From contig OZ218955.1 in the NCBI GenBank assembly GCA_965112735.1, positions 2,728,001 through 2,792,000 on the forward strand: DNA of 64,000 nt, written 5' to 3'. Of the stretch, positions 1-12,126 are shown piece after piece; within the stretch, counting starts at the first letter, position 1; each line of letters opens with the position of its first letter. The position numbers and the translations under genes were made by a program. Under the pieces are notes generated by a model that was not told the DNA's origin, did not search any database, and was given only the letters and a program-made list of their open reading frames with translations. The stretch comes from Phaeosaccion multiseriatum (Eukaryota; Protista; Ochrophyta, other classes).

Positions 1-79
1 GTCAGGCATTGAACCCACGAGACGCGTGTGTCACTGCTGCGGCTTCTTCTTTCTACTCATCATCCTCTTGTTGTTCTTT

Positions 80-180
80 CCCTCCTTCCTTCCTTCCTTC
101 CTTCATTCCTTCCTTCCTTCCTTCCTTCTTTCCTTCCTTCCTTCCTTCCTTCCTTCCTTCCTTCCTTCCTTCCTTCCTTC
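80..180. repeat. (CCTT)n intronic microsatellite
   Basis: Visible tetranucleotide run upstream of the 231 acceptor. It is representative of dozens of similar SSRs (GGGA, GAGT, CA, GA, GGA, CAG) across the window. Confidence 0.95.
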
Positions 181-230
181 CGCCCGCCCGTCCGTCCGTC
201 CTTCGTTCCTCCCCATCTTGACCTGCTCAG

Positions 231-922
231 GATGCACAGTACCGAACGGGGCCGCTCCTCCTCAAGGACCTCAACCAAGATCCGCTCAGGCGCCGCCCAC
301 AAGGGCAGCAGCAGGGGGGGCAGTTGGTGATACAGCAGGGGCCGCTGAAGGGGTGCTCATCCGAATATGAGGTGGTGGAGGGCCACGATATCTTCAAAGG
401 CCGCTGCGATATGGGAGTGGCCAGGTAGGGGGGGGGGAGGGGGGAGAGGGCAGTGGATGGAGGGAGGGAAGCACGAGAGTCACGCCCGTTACACCCTGTC
501 CCTCTCTTTCTCGCTCGCTCGGTTGCTTTCCTTGGCTTTGCTGCGCGTCCTCTTGTTGTACTGCGCTGTGCTGTGCTGTGCTGTGCTTGCTTCGCCCCCC
601 CCCCCCCCCCTGCCCTGCCTTACCCTTACCCTTGCCCTCACCCTCACCCTCACCTCTTCTTCTATCCCCTCCCCTCCCCCTCCCCCCCCCCAGTACGGCC
701 TCTGCCTCAGAATGCTGCTCGAGCTGTGACTCCCAAGCTGCTTGCGCGGCCTTCACCTTCGCCCCGAGCCGCAAGGGTTCGGGTGGCACCTGCTACTTCA
801 AAGACTGCGCCGATCCCGGCCCCAATGGCCTCAACCGTTTCAGCGGTTTCGATGCCCTTCCCGGTGGTGTATCGGCTTACAAGAGCAAGAGGGGCCCTGA
901 TATCATGGCAGTGGCGTCCTGA
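231..922 (+). CDS. 3' end of a multi-exon gene with a C-terminal PAN/Apple domain (5' part outside the window)
   Basis: Exons ~231-424 (DAQYRTG...EYEVVEGHDIFKGRCDMGVA) and 694-922 join in phase across a GT-AG intron. The last exon reads ECCSSCDSQAACAAFTF...GTCYFKDC, matching the PAN/Apple cysteine pattern (CCxxC...CxAFTF...CYLK). Stop TGA at 920-922. Confidence 0.7.
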
Positions 923-2029
923 CACCAATTGTTGGGTGGAGGCCTCACAAGGGGTATGATGATAACACATTCGAAGGAGCCACTCGCGGTCAGGTGACGG
1001 AACACACACACACACACACGCGCACACACGCACACACACACACACACACACACACGCATATATATACACATACACACATACACCTCAAGTCATGAGCAGG
1101 GAAGGAAGGCTTCAAGTAAGGCTGGGTGATGTGGCCGTGGTCGATGAGTGATAAGTCAGCGAGTCCCTCCCCCGGTGCACCCCTCCCCCGTCGGTCCGTT
1201 CGGCGGGCCCATGCCCCCCTCGCTCTCTGCTCTCTGCTCTCTCTCTCTCTCTCTCTCTTGCTCTGTGGGGGGGGTGGAGGGAACTCCTGCCGGCGAGGCA
1301 ACGAACCCGTGGTGCGACTGACTGTATGCACGTGTTGGTGATATGTTACCTTACGTCAACCTTGCGATCTCTTTCGTACCGGTAGCAGCCTACTCAAGGA
1401 GTAGGGGAGGGGGGTTTCCGCATGCTGCAGGCCATAGAACTGGACTTGATGACTTGATGAGGGTTGCAGGAGCCAACGAGGCCGGCGTTCGACTTGTCTT
1501 AACGAGGACAACGCGATGAGCATGTCCAAACTCGCCAAACGTTTGGGGTCGTCTGTTAGGTCGGTGATTACTGTGAAGTGAGTATTATAACAAGAGTAAA
1601 CTATTTGAGTCTAGTTGTGTACCAAAGAAAGAAAGAAAGAAAGAAAGAAGGATGTCTTCCTTTTAAGGCGACAACCCTAAGTTACTTGAGAGAGCACAGG
1701 GATCGGAGAGAGACTGCAACGAATAAGGCAACGAATTAGAGTACATAAGGCATTATGAGCAGTGTCGTCCGTCTCTGGACAGCCCCGCCACGCTTATCTC
1801 AATGAAGCATCTCATGTCAATGAAGCATCTCATGTCAATGAAGCACATAGGCCCCTCTTTCGCCTCTTTCGCAGAGGAGAGGAGAGGAGAGGCGCTTCTA
1901 AGCCTGCTCTACATAGTGAAAAAGACAATACTCCACACTGGGATGCTAATCACAACTGCTGTATGCAACTGTGTATCACCAACTGCTGTAAGAAGTACCC
2001 CACTGTCGCAATAACTCCCCCCCCCCCCT

Positions 2030-4026
2030 TCACTTCTCGTACCACCGCCCTTCCTTGTCGAGAGTGGCCTTCCGCTGCTGTGCTCCTCCTCCTCCTCCTC
2101 CTCCTCCTCCTCCTCCTCCTGCCGCCGTATCACCAACTGCCCCCCTTGCCTTGGCGGTTCCCTCATGTCGCTCTACCCTCCTGTGCACCTTGTCAGCATA
2201 AGCCGCCTCCAAAGGCGTGGTGCCCTCGTTGTCGCCCCCGCCTGCCCCCTGTACCGCCTCTCGCCCGCTCCTCTTGCGCTGCTTCTTCTTACTTCTGCGG
2301 CTCTCCCCCCCCCCCCCTGCCGCTGCGCCCCCCGCCCCCTCACTGTTGATGAGCGACTCTTCCGCCTCCCCCTCGCGCTCCCTTCGCCCCCTCTTCTTCC
2401 CTGGGGCACCCCCCTGCGCACCCTTTTTCTGCTGCTGTGTCACCAACGCCTGCCGCTCCTGTCCTTCTTGCTGCCCCGTGTGCCCCTTGCTCTTCTTTGC
2501 CTTCTTCCACGCTTTGAAGCCTGTTTCTTGTCCCTGGCGATCCCTACGCCTCTCGCTCCTCTCCTTCGCCCCCTCTTTGTCTCCCTCTTTGGTGGTCCCC
2601 TCCTTGCCCCCCTGCCCCCCCTTTCCCTTGCCCTTCTGTCCACCCGTAGCAGTAGCAGCAGAGGCAGCAGTTGGTGATACAGCAGGAGCAGCAGCACCAC
2701 CTTCCGTCGCGCCTCCTCCTTCTCCTCCCTCCTCTCTCTTCTTGCGCTTGTTCTCCCGCTGCCTCGCTCCTCTGCTCTTAAACCCATCCTCCTTGCTCCC
2801 CTTACCCTTCACTCCCACCCCTCCCCCTCTCCCCCCCACTGCCTTACTGGCCAAGGGTTTCCCGTCGGGTCCTAACCCGAGTTGCCGCAACTCCTTCTTG
2901 CGCTTGTCCTGCTTCTCCTTCCTCTCCTCCTGCAGTTTGAGTTTCGAGTGATTCTCTACCGAGAATTCCACAATGAGTCTCGTCACCTCCCCTGGCGCCA
3001 ACTTGTCCCTCTGCTGACTGCGAGCACTGCCTCGGAAGGCCGGGTTGTTGTTCAGAGCACGCAGGGCAGCGAGGGCGTGTGCGTGGTGGTGGAAGAGAAC
3101 GAAACCGTAGCCCTTGCTGGGATGCACCTCCGTCCCTGGGCCGTTCTACAGGCGAGGGAGGGGAGGGAGGGAGGGAGGGGAAGAGGGAGGTGAGTACTGC
3201 CATACTACGTCAGACATACGTAAGTAGACATAAGATCCACTCAACCACAGGGGCTAGACATAAGGTCCACTCAACCACTGGGGCTGTTTTCTTGTCCCAA
3301 GTCCAAAAAAACCAAAGTTGATACTGACGCTTAACACACTTTATCGGACCTAAGCACATTCGTAGGTACACACATGAGACATGAGACATGAGGCACATCA
3401 TCCACTTACCACTGGGGCTATCTTCTTGTCCAAGTCCCTCATAACCTTACAAGAGACCACAGCCTGCTTCCCCACAGGGGGCACCGCCAGCGAGGCAGGG
3501 GTCAGCTCCCTCAACTCCTTGCCTGGGGGGGGGCAGGGGGGGAGGGGGGGAGGGGGGGGAGGACGGGTGGGTGGGTGGGGAGGATAGGGTAGGAAGGGCA
3601 GGTAGGGACGGGGTGGGTGAAGGAGTGAGGGGGGCGGGGGTCGACGTCTCACAGCCGCTTACCTTGAGCCACGAGCTGTCTTCGCGTGTCTTGCTCTGTC
3701 ACCATGCGCCGCTCCACACCGAGCTTAGCCCTGTTGGGGTGGAAACATGGGGGGGGGCGAGGACAGAGGTTGGGGATACATTTCGCTCGCTCACCTCCCT
3801 CTCTCCCTCCCTCGCTCGCTCACTGCTGACTGACTCACTTTCACCCACTCTTTCCTTCCATCTCTCTCTCCCTCCCTCCCTCCCTCCCTCCCTCCCTGAC
3901 TGGCTGACTCACCCCTCGATGAAGAGTGCCCTGAGTTTCGCATTGTCGACATGCTTGGCGAGGTTCTTGACGCTGAGGCGAGTGGAGCTCACAAAGAAGA
4001 GCTGACGGGGGGGGGGGGGGGTGCGT

Positions 4027-4075
<49 letters not shown>

Positions 4076-4505
4076 CGTTTGAGCGTTTCGTTGTGGCCAC
4101 GGGTCTGTGAAGCTGCCGGGCGTTTCTTTCATGCCCTCACGCATGCAAACCACCCACCCACCCACCCACCCACCCACGCATCCACGCATCCACCCAACCC
4201 CACCCACCCACTGAATCATTGACTTACTTCCCACCCGTTGAATCATAGACTTACCCACCCACCCCACCCACCCGCTGAATCATTGACTTACCGGGCTCTT
4301 GAGCTTCTCCTTCTTGTCTGTGCGTGCCTTGGAGCGCTTGTCCATGTCGCTCTGGGGGGCCTCGTTCAGCCCTCCGAACCTGTGCACACACACACACACA
4401 CACACACAGACACAGAGAGAGAGAGAGATACACACATACACACATACATGCATTTATATATATATATATAACACACACGGAGTACAAGGAACAGCGGCGG
4501 CACGG

Positions 4506-4539
<34 letters not shown>

Positions 4540-4948
4540 GTCATTCAGAGAGACAAATGATCGAAATACACAGTCGATAGGCAGGCAGGCAGGCAGACAG
4601 GAAGATGGACGGGAATGGAATGGGGTGATGTCAGGCAGGCAGGCAGGCACATGGGCAGGGTAGCAGACAGACAGACAGACAGGCCGCAGGCAGGCAGGCA
4701 GGCTTCCGGGCGGGCACCCACCCACGCACCCATAGACATACTGCCCCGCAGAGGAAATCATCGACTTACCTCTTCTCCAGCACGAGCCCCTCGTGCCTGA
4801 GGTAGAGGTTGCGTTTGTCCTTCTGTCCGGCGGGTTTCTGAGCAGCGCTAGCAAGTCTGCCCACATCAGTCATCAGCAGCCGAGGGGAGGGGGCAGGGCG
4901 GGGCAAGCAAGAGGGGAGAGAAAGGGAGAGAGAGAGAGAGAGAGAGAG

Positions 4949-4988
<40 letters not shown>

Positions 4989-6945
4989 AGAGAGAGAGTA
5001 GAGAGAGAGAGAGAGAGAGAGTAGAGACAGCCAGGGAGGTGAGAGGGGAGAGAGACGGGGGTCAAGGAGAGGGCGCACCCTCTTCATTCAAATGAAATGA
5101 AAACGCCTTCGTAACAGATGGTACGCAGAGTCGACAAAACAGGTGTGTGTGTGTGTGTGTGTGTATCCGCATGGTGGTCGCTACACAGCACAACAGGTAT
5201 TCTTCTCTCGGGTTGCTCTTTTCCCTCCCTCCCTCCCTTTCTCCCAGCCTTCCTGCCCATGTGCCTGCCAACATGCCCGCCCATATGCCTGCTCATATCC
5301 CTGCCCATAAGCCTGCCCATACGCCTCTACCCACCTGCCGGCCTGCTCCTTGTCCACGGCCCTCGTCACGTGCAGTGCCCTCTCCGACATCACAATGGCG
5401 GTGCCTCCGCTGTCCAGCCCTTCGCCATCACCACCCCCCCCCTCCTCGTCACTACTCCCCTCCCCCTCCCCCTCCTGCTCCTCTTCCTCCTCCTCCCCGG
5501 CCAAGGCCAGCCCTTTGGCCCCTCTCAGGCAGCGATCCGCCGCCTTCTTGTGCCCAAATTTGACAAAGGCCGTCCCCTTGAGCAGGCCTGTGGCTCTGTC
5601 CTTGACGAGTAGCGCCATACGCACGGGACCGTAGTGCGCAAAGAGCCCTTTGAGAGACTCTTCCGACGCATCGAAGGGCACGTTGCGCACAAACACCGTG
5701 CAACCCTGCCCCACATCCGACGGTTTCATTTCCGACGATGGCTTCTCCTTGCTCTTGTTCTTCTTCTGGCCCTTGTCCTCCGAGTCGTAATCATCTTCCT
5801 CTTCATCATCTTCGTCTTCATCACCATCTTCTTCGCTGCTGTCCTCCTCCTCTTCATCCCCTCCTTGAACCTTGCGTTCTGCCCCCTCCTCCTCTTCCTC
5901 TTCCTCCTCGTCCTCGTCCTCGTCCTCTTCCTCATCATCATCATCATCATCATCACTATCACCATTCTCATCGTCGTCGCTCCCTTCACTGCTGCTGCTA
6001 TCTCCCCCCTCCTCCCCTTCATCACTCTCGTCACTACTGTCGCCCTCATCCTTCTGCTCCACCGTCCCCCCCTCACCCTTCTCGTCCCCTCCTCCCTCTC
6101 CACTGGCCATGCCTATGCCGGCGCTCTTCATCTCTGCATGTTTGGCTTTGCTGACGGCAAAGTCCACTGCGGACTCCCTCCCCGCAATGTTCAGCATACC
6201 ATGGTCCTGCACAAGGGAGGAAGGAAGGAAGGAAGGAAGGAAGGAAGGAAGGAAGGAAGGAAGGAAGGAAGGAAGGGAGGAAGGGAGGAAGGGAGGAAGG
6301 AAGGAAGGAGGGAGGGAACGAGGGAGGGGGGGGGGAGGGAAGGAAGAGGGGAGGGAGGGAGGGAGGGAGGGAAGGCAGGAAGGAAGGGAGAGAAGGAAGG
6401 GAGAGAAGGAAGGAACGGATGTGTCAGTGGCTGTGTGTATGTGGGGGGTTGTAGATGCATCAGCAGGTAATATAGGGCGAGGGCGGCGAGAGGAGGGGAG
6501 GTCCGTGTCACCAACACATGAATCACAGGCACACACACACACACAGTTCACTCCCCTCACTCACCTTGACCACGGTAAGGGCGTCATTCCTGGAGAGGAA
6601 CTGCACGAAGGCGAAGCCCCTGCTCTTGGTCTTGTTCACCACCACCTCCTGCTTGGTCTGCCGGTCTACCCGTGTGAAGGACACCTGTGGAGTGGCAGTG
6701 GATGTGCAGTAGATGGCAGATGGATGGTAGTGGATTGCAGATGGATGGTAGTGGATTGCAGATGGATGGTAGTGGATTGCAGATGGATGGTAGTGGGTGG
6801 TAGTGGGGGTGGTAGCGGATGGTTGGTGGATCGTAGTGGATGGCAGATGGATGGTTGTGGGTGGCAGAGGGATGGCAGAGGGAGGGTAGTGGATGACAGA
6901 TGGATGGCCATCATCGGATATGAGAGAGAGCGTGCGTGTGTGTGT

Positions 6946-6990
<45 letters not shown>

Positions 6991-8729
6991 CAAGAGAGAG
7001 AGCGTGAGCGTGAGTGGGAAAGACAGAACGGCACATCAGGCTCGTACCAGCATCGACATGAGACAACAGAAGAGCTCCAGGCAAGACAAAGGAGAGCTGC
7101 GGGACACACCCACGCACCCACCCACGCACCCACCCACGCACCCACACATCCACGCAGGCACACACCTACTTACATTGACAGTGGGAATGTGCACCTCCGA
7201 GAGGGGTCCGAAGGGAGTGAGGGCATCAGCAATGTCTTGCTCAGAGGCCTCGAAGGAGAGGTTCCGCACGATGAGGCGTAGTGCTTTGGCCGCCCTGACG
7301 TTGGAGAGGGGGACGACCTCCACCAGGCGACGTGCACAGAGGGTGCTGTGAGAGGGAGGGGGTGGGGCAGGCGAGGGTGAGGAGTGACAAGGAGAAGAGA
7401 GAGGAGGAAAAAAGAGAGGGAGAAACAGGGGGGGGGGGGGGAGAGAGAGGGCGAGAGAGGGACAAGAAAAGAGAAGCCGACGGAGAAGGGCAGGGGCGGG
7501 GGAGGGAGTGCAAGCAGGCCTAGTAAGGCTATCCACCTACCACTGTCTTCACCACAGCCCCCGTCTCATCCCTCCGTCCGTTCCCTCCCCTCCCCTCCCC
7601 CTCACCCTCCTCCTTCCCTCCCCTTCGCACCACCCATCCTCCTCCCCTTCCCTTCGCACACACACCTGCCGTGCACGTTGTGGCCGTCCACTCGGGCCAG
7701 GACCTTCTTGACCCCCTCTAGTGATGCACACACCACCGTGGCCCTCCCTCCCCTCGGCCACTCGCCCTGCCCTTCCTCTATGTCTATGGCCTCGATGGGA
7801 GCGGCCTTGCGCAGACGCTTGACGAGTTGCTTGGGTTGGGTCTGGGCCGCTACACCATACACCACCACGCTCCTGTTCTTCTTGTGCGCCAGATGCTGCA
7901 TCTGCTGGAGGGGAGTGCCCGTGCCGCCGCTGCTGCTGCTGCTGTTACTGCTACCATTTCCCGCTGCGTTGTCCCCTCCTGCTGCCCATGTGGCTGCTGC
8001 TGCTGCTGCTGCTGCGGAGGCGGCTGCAGCTGTATCGCCAACTGCTGCTGCCCCACTTGGTGCCGGTGCCTGCTTGGCCTGCTTGGCAGCAGCCTTCCCC
8101 TTAGCCCCTTTCCCCTTCACCTCCTCATCCTCCTCCTCCTCCTCGTCGTCGTCGTCATCTTCATCACTCTCCTCATCCTCTCTCTCATCGTCATCCTCAC
8201 TCTTATCGCCATCTTCACTCTCCTTCTTGCTCGGCGCAGTCGGAGCCTTCACCTTCACCGAAGCTAGCCCAGGAATAGACTTGGGCCCCTCCCCTTTCTT
8301 GTCCTTCACTGCCCCCTTCGCACCCGCAGTCGCCTCACTAGCACCAGAGCCAACGAGGTGCTTGTGCTTCATCGGCGTGCCCTTGGGCGTCACCGCCGGC
8401 CCCTTCTTCTTCTTGGCCACCGCCAACTCCACCTTCATCGCCCTTCCCTTCACCTTGCGTCCATTGAGCTTCTCCACCGCCCTCGCCGCATCCTCGTCCA
8501 AAGCAAACTTGACGAAGCCGAACCCTTTGGACACAAGCTTCTTCCCCACGCCTCCTTCTCCCGGTAGGGTGTCCTTGATGAGGTCCACACGCTTGATCAG
8601 CCCAAACTCACCAAAGATGTTCTCAATGCTCTCCTCCGTCAAGTCGGACGGCAGGTTCCTCACAAACACCTTGCTGCTCTCCACTTGGCCCCCACCTCCG
8701 TGCTGCGGCTTTGCCATGGGCACGGCCAT
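2030..8729 (-). CDS. RBM28: RNA-binding protein 28 / Nop4p-like nucleolar multi-RRM protein
   Basis: About 10 exons (8729-7666, 7345-7174, 6684-6565, 6206-5335, 4856-4770, 4379-4292, 4001-3913, 3730-3663, 3522-3410, 3145-2030), all GT-AG. RRMs: KVFVRNLP...SKGFGFVKF; LRLIVRNLSF...SRGFAFVQF; TVFVRNVPF...KGTAFVKF; TRLSVKNL...SKGYGFVLF. It has an acidic tract between RRM2 and RRM3, plus the Nop4/RBM28-type DKRNLYL, ALRALNNNP and RLIVEFS motifs. The start could be 8729 or 8717. Confidence 0.9.
6710..6800. repeat. 21-bp minisatellite (AGATGGATGGTAGTGGATTGC), ~4 copies, intronic
   Basis: Tandem copies visible in RBM28 intron 2, with degenerate copies continuing to ~6905. Confidence 0.85.
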
Positions 8730-9071
8730 GCGGACGAAAACGCTCCGAACGAGCACGGATACTAGCCGAGCGACGGTTTCCTCCCTCCTCCCTTTCACGG
8801 CTGCCAGCAGAGCCGGGTGACGGTCTCCTTATCTTAATTGATGGGCAAGCGCCAAGCGCCGTCGATTTGCTGCCCAAATGTGACTCGGAGAGCCAACAGC
8901 TCTACTTCCTCACGCGAGGGGGTGCCCGCGCGGAGATGCAAAAAGGAAAATGTAATAATCATCACACGCCACTTTCTTTCCTTTCTCCCGTACGGCTTCC
9001 CTCCTCCCCTCCCTGAACTTCTTCATCCTAGGCACGGGCAGCCCCCCCATATCCCGCCACTGACCCATAGG
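8730..9071. promoter_or_regulatory. Probable bidirectional promoter (RBM28 / SETX-like)
   Basis: Only ~340 bp separate two divergent start codons. No specific element was identified. Confidence 0.5.
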
Positions 9072-9756
9072 ATGCGTACGAAGGAGAGCCAAGGCAATGA
9101 GAAGGACAGCAGCAGTAGAGTGAAAAAAAAGACAAAGGTCAGCGTCAGCTCGGCTGTGTCCCAAGAAGCAGCAGCAAGAGGAGGAGCAGCAGCACCACTA
9201 TCAGCAGCACAGCCCGCAGAAGTAGCGGCGGGGCCAGGAGCTTCGGCTCTACAGATCATTCGAGCTGACATTAGTACAGACGAAAGTCCCCCCGTGATCT
9301 CCTTGTCAAGGCCAGCAGCAACTCCACAAGGAGGAGGGAAAGGAGGAGACAGAGGAGGAGGGGAAGGAGGAGGAGGAGGAGGAGGAGGAGGAGGAGGAGG
9401 AGGAGGAGGAGGAGGAGGAGGAGGAGGAGGACGGTTGGAACAGAAGCAGAAGCAGAAGCAGAAGAAGCGCCACCTGCCGTCCACAAGGACCTTCGAACAA
9501 GGCCCATCCTCCCTGCCTGCCGAGGCCGCCCTGCTATCGACATGTGGAAGCCATGGTGACGAGGCTGGAAGAGCTCTGGCGAGGAGCAGGGATGGTATTG
9601 GACGGGGGCAAGCGGCGGCCCTGACTGCCGCTGCCACTGCGACAGACAGAGCGTACGCCGCCTTCAAACAGCAGGCGAGGAGACTCAGAGCAGGGGCGGC
9701 AGCAGCACAGTCTGCAAGCAGTAGTAGCAGTGACAGCAGTGAGGACAGCAGCAGCG

Positions 9757-9787
<31 letters not shown>

Positions 9788-10941
9788 GAGGAGGGGTAGG
9801 AAGAGGGCCAGGCGCGATGGACCGCAGCCCCCCCAGCGAGGCCGAGGGCCGCCACAACGAGAGCCGCAGCCGCAGCAGTTGGTGATACAGCCGCAGCCTC
9901 AGCCGCACCCCCCAGGAGGGGTGGGAAGAGGGCGGCAGCGAAGAGTGTCCCTCCAGGAGATGCTCGACTCACCGCCGCCCGGGCACTCTCCCGTCCGTGC
10001 TGCTGCTGCTGCTGCTACTGCTGCTACTGCTGCTACTGCTGCTACTGCTGCTGCTGCCGCAGGAGGGCCTTCGAATGCCATCAGGATGGATCTGTCAAGC
10101 GAAGAGGAAGACGAAGACGGAGACGAAGACGAACACAACGACAATGACGAAGACGAGCACAAAGACAATGACGAAGACGAACACATCGACAATGACAACA
10201 TCAATAGCAGCGAAGTGCGCGTTCAAAGCGACGCCGACGTCGTGGAGCTCCCCTCGGGGCGGGCAGTGGGGGACGCCTCCGACGGAGCCATTGATGGAGC
10301 CATTGATGGAGCCATTCCTATAGATGGCATTGATGGAGCCATTCCTATAGATGGCATTGTCGATGGCACTCGTAACGCTCATGGTATCGGTGGGCCTGTG
10401 GTGCTGGCACCTCTCGCTGCTCCTGTATTACCAACAGCTGCTCCTGCTGCTCAAGCTCAAGCTGAAGGTGGCGTGGCTGCCATCGAGAGGCGTCGGGGTG
10501 GTGATCGTGAGAAGGAGAGAGTTGAGGGATTGGGCGGGATTGAGAGCGATAGCGGCAGCGACGGTGATAGCGATGGTGATGGCAGTGGGGATGGTGAAGG
10601 AGGTAGGCATGGCGGCGGCATTGAGGTAAAGAAGGTGCAGCAAGAGGAGGAGGGGAAGGAAGAGGAAGGAGAGGAGAAGGAGAGAGAGCCTTCCCCCCTC
10701 ACAAATGGCGAGAGGGGATTGATCGATCTCGCGGCGGGTGACTCCAGCAGCGAGGGAGAGTGGGACGATGGTGGCAAGGCAGGTAAAGACAGACGCATAG
10801 CCAGAGCCAGGGACAGAGACAGAGAGAAAGCGGCAGCCACCGCAGCGAGCGAGACGGCTCGCAAAGAGAAGGCTCGAGAAGCAGGCGGCAAGGTCAAGAA
10901 ACGTAGTAGAGGTAGTGGTGGTGGTAGTAGCGGTAGTAGTG

Positions 10942-10972
<31 letters not shown>

Positions 10973-12076
10973 TGGCAGTGACAGCAGTAGCGATGATGAG
11001 GCCCAGGACATCCCCATCCCTCTGGTCGGAGCAAACCGCAGCAGCAGCCACCACGGTGATACCCGAAAGCCCTCCATGGATGAGACTCTTGTTCCTCGCC
11101 GTCCTCCTCCTCCTCCTGCCCCTCCTCCTGCCCCTCATGCGGCTTGTCCTCCTGCTCTATCTTCGGCTACGTCGGGTGCAGGGGGGCAAGGCGGGGGGAC
11201 AGAGGGGGCGGACACGGCCAATGGTAAGAAGGAGGGGAATGCCAGGGATGCACCCCGGGGGGCGAGTCCACTGCCCACACCAGGTGCTACGGCCGCTACT
11301 TGTGCTGCCCCTGCCGCTGCTGCTGGTGGTCATGGTAGTAGTGGTGGTGTTGATGCTGGCTGTGCTGGTGACCGCCCCAGCCCTGTCTCAAGTTCTGTCA
11401 GAGGCGATTCGGCGCAGAGCCTGCGCAGCGGCGGCAGCGGTGCGGCGAGCGGCTTCAGCCTAAGGGGCACGCGCCCTGCCACCAGCATCAAGGCCTCCAG
11501 AAAGCCCCCCGGGGGGAAAGGTGCGTGCGTGCGAGTGAGAGTTTCAGCTCATTGGGTTTGCGAGAGGCAGAGAGACACGCGTGTGTAGGCATGTTGTATG
11601 TATACGTAGAGGGGTCACAAGCAGCGCATACGGGCATGTGTGGGCATGTGGGCGTTTGGTGATGGAGGCATACGAGTATTTTGTCACACACACACACACA
11701 CACACGCATACAAACACACGTACCCACCCACACCCACACCCGTATACACACGTACACACACGCACACACCCACAGGCCGACCCAGATCGGATCCGATGGG
11801 CCGTTTGTGGCCCTCCCTCGGCCGCTTCTACCGCTCCGTGCTGCGGTGGGGGTACTCGAAGGAGGAAGGGCTTTGCAGAGACTCCAGGGAGGGCACAGGG
11901 GGGGGGGCGAGTAGTGTTGCTAGCAGTGTTGCTAGCAGTGTTGCTAGCAGTGTTGCTAGCAGTGTTGCTAGCAGTGTTGCTAGCAGTGTTGCTAGCAGTG
12001 TTGCTAGCAGTGTTGCTAGCAGTAGTGATAAGGCCACAAAGGGCGGCAGCGGCAGCAGTAGTAGTAGTCATATGGG

Positions 12077-12126
<50 letters not shown>

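Noticed and set aside
950-1560. Box C-like RTGATGA words suggesting a snoRNA, and short ORFs
   Set aside because: No properly spaced box D with a terminal stem, and no recognisable protein motif.
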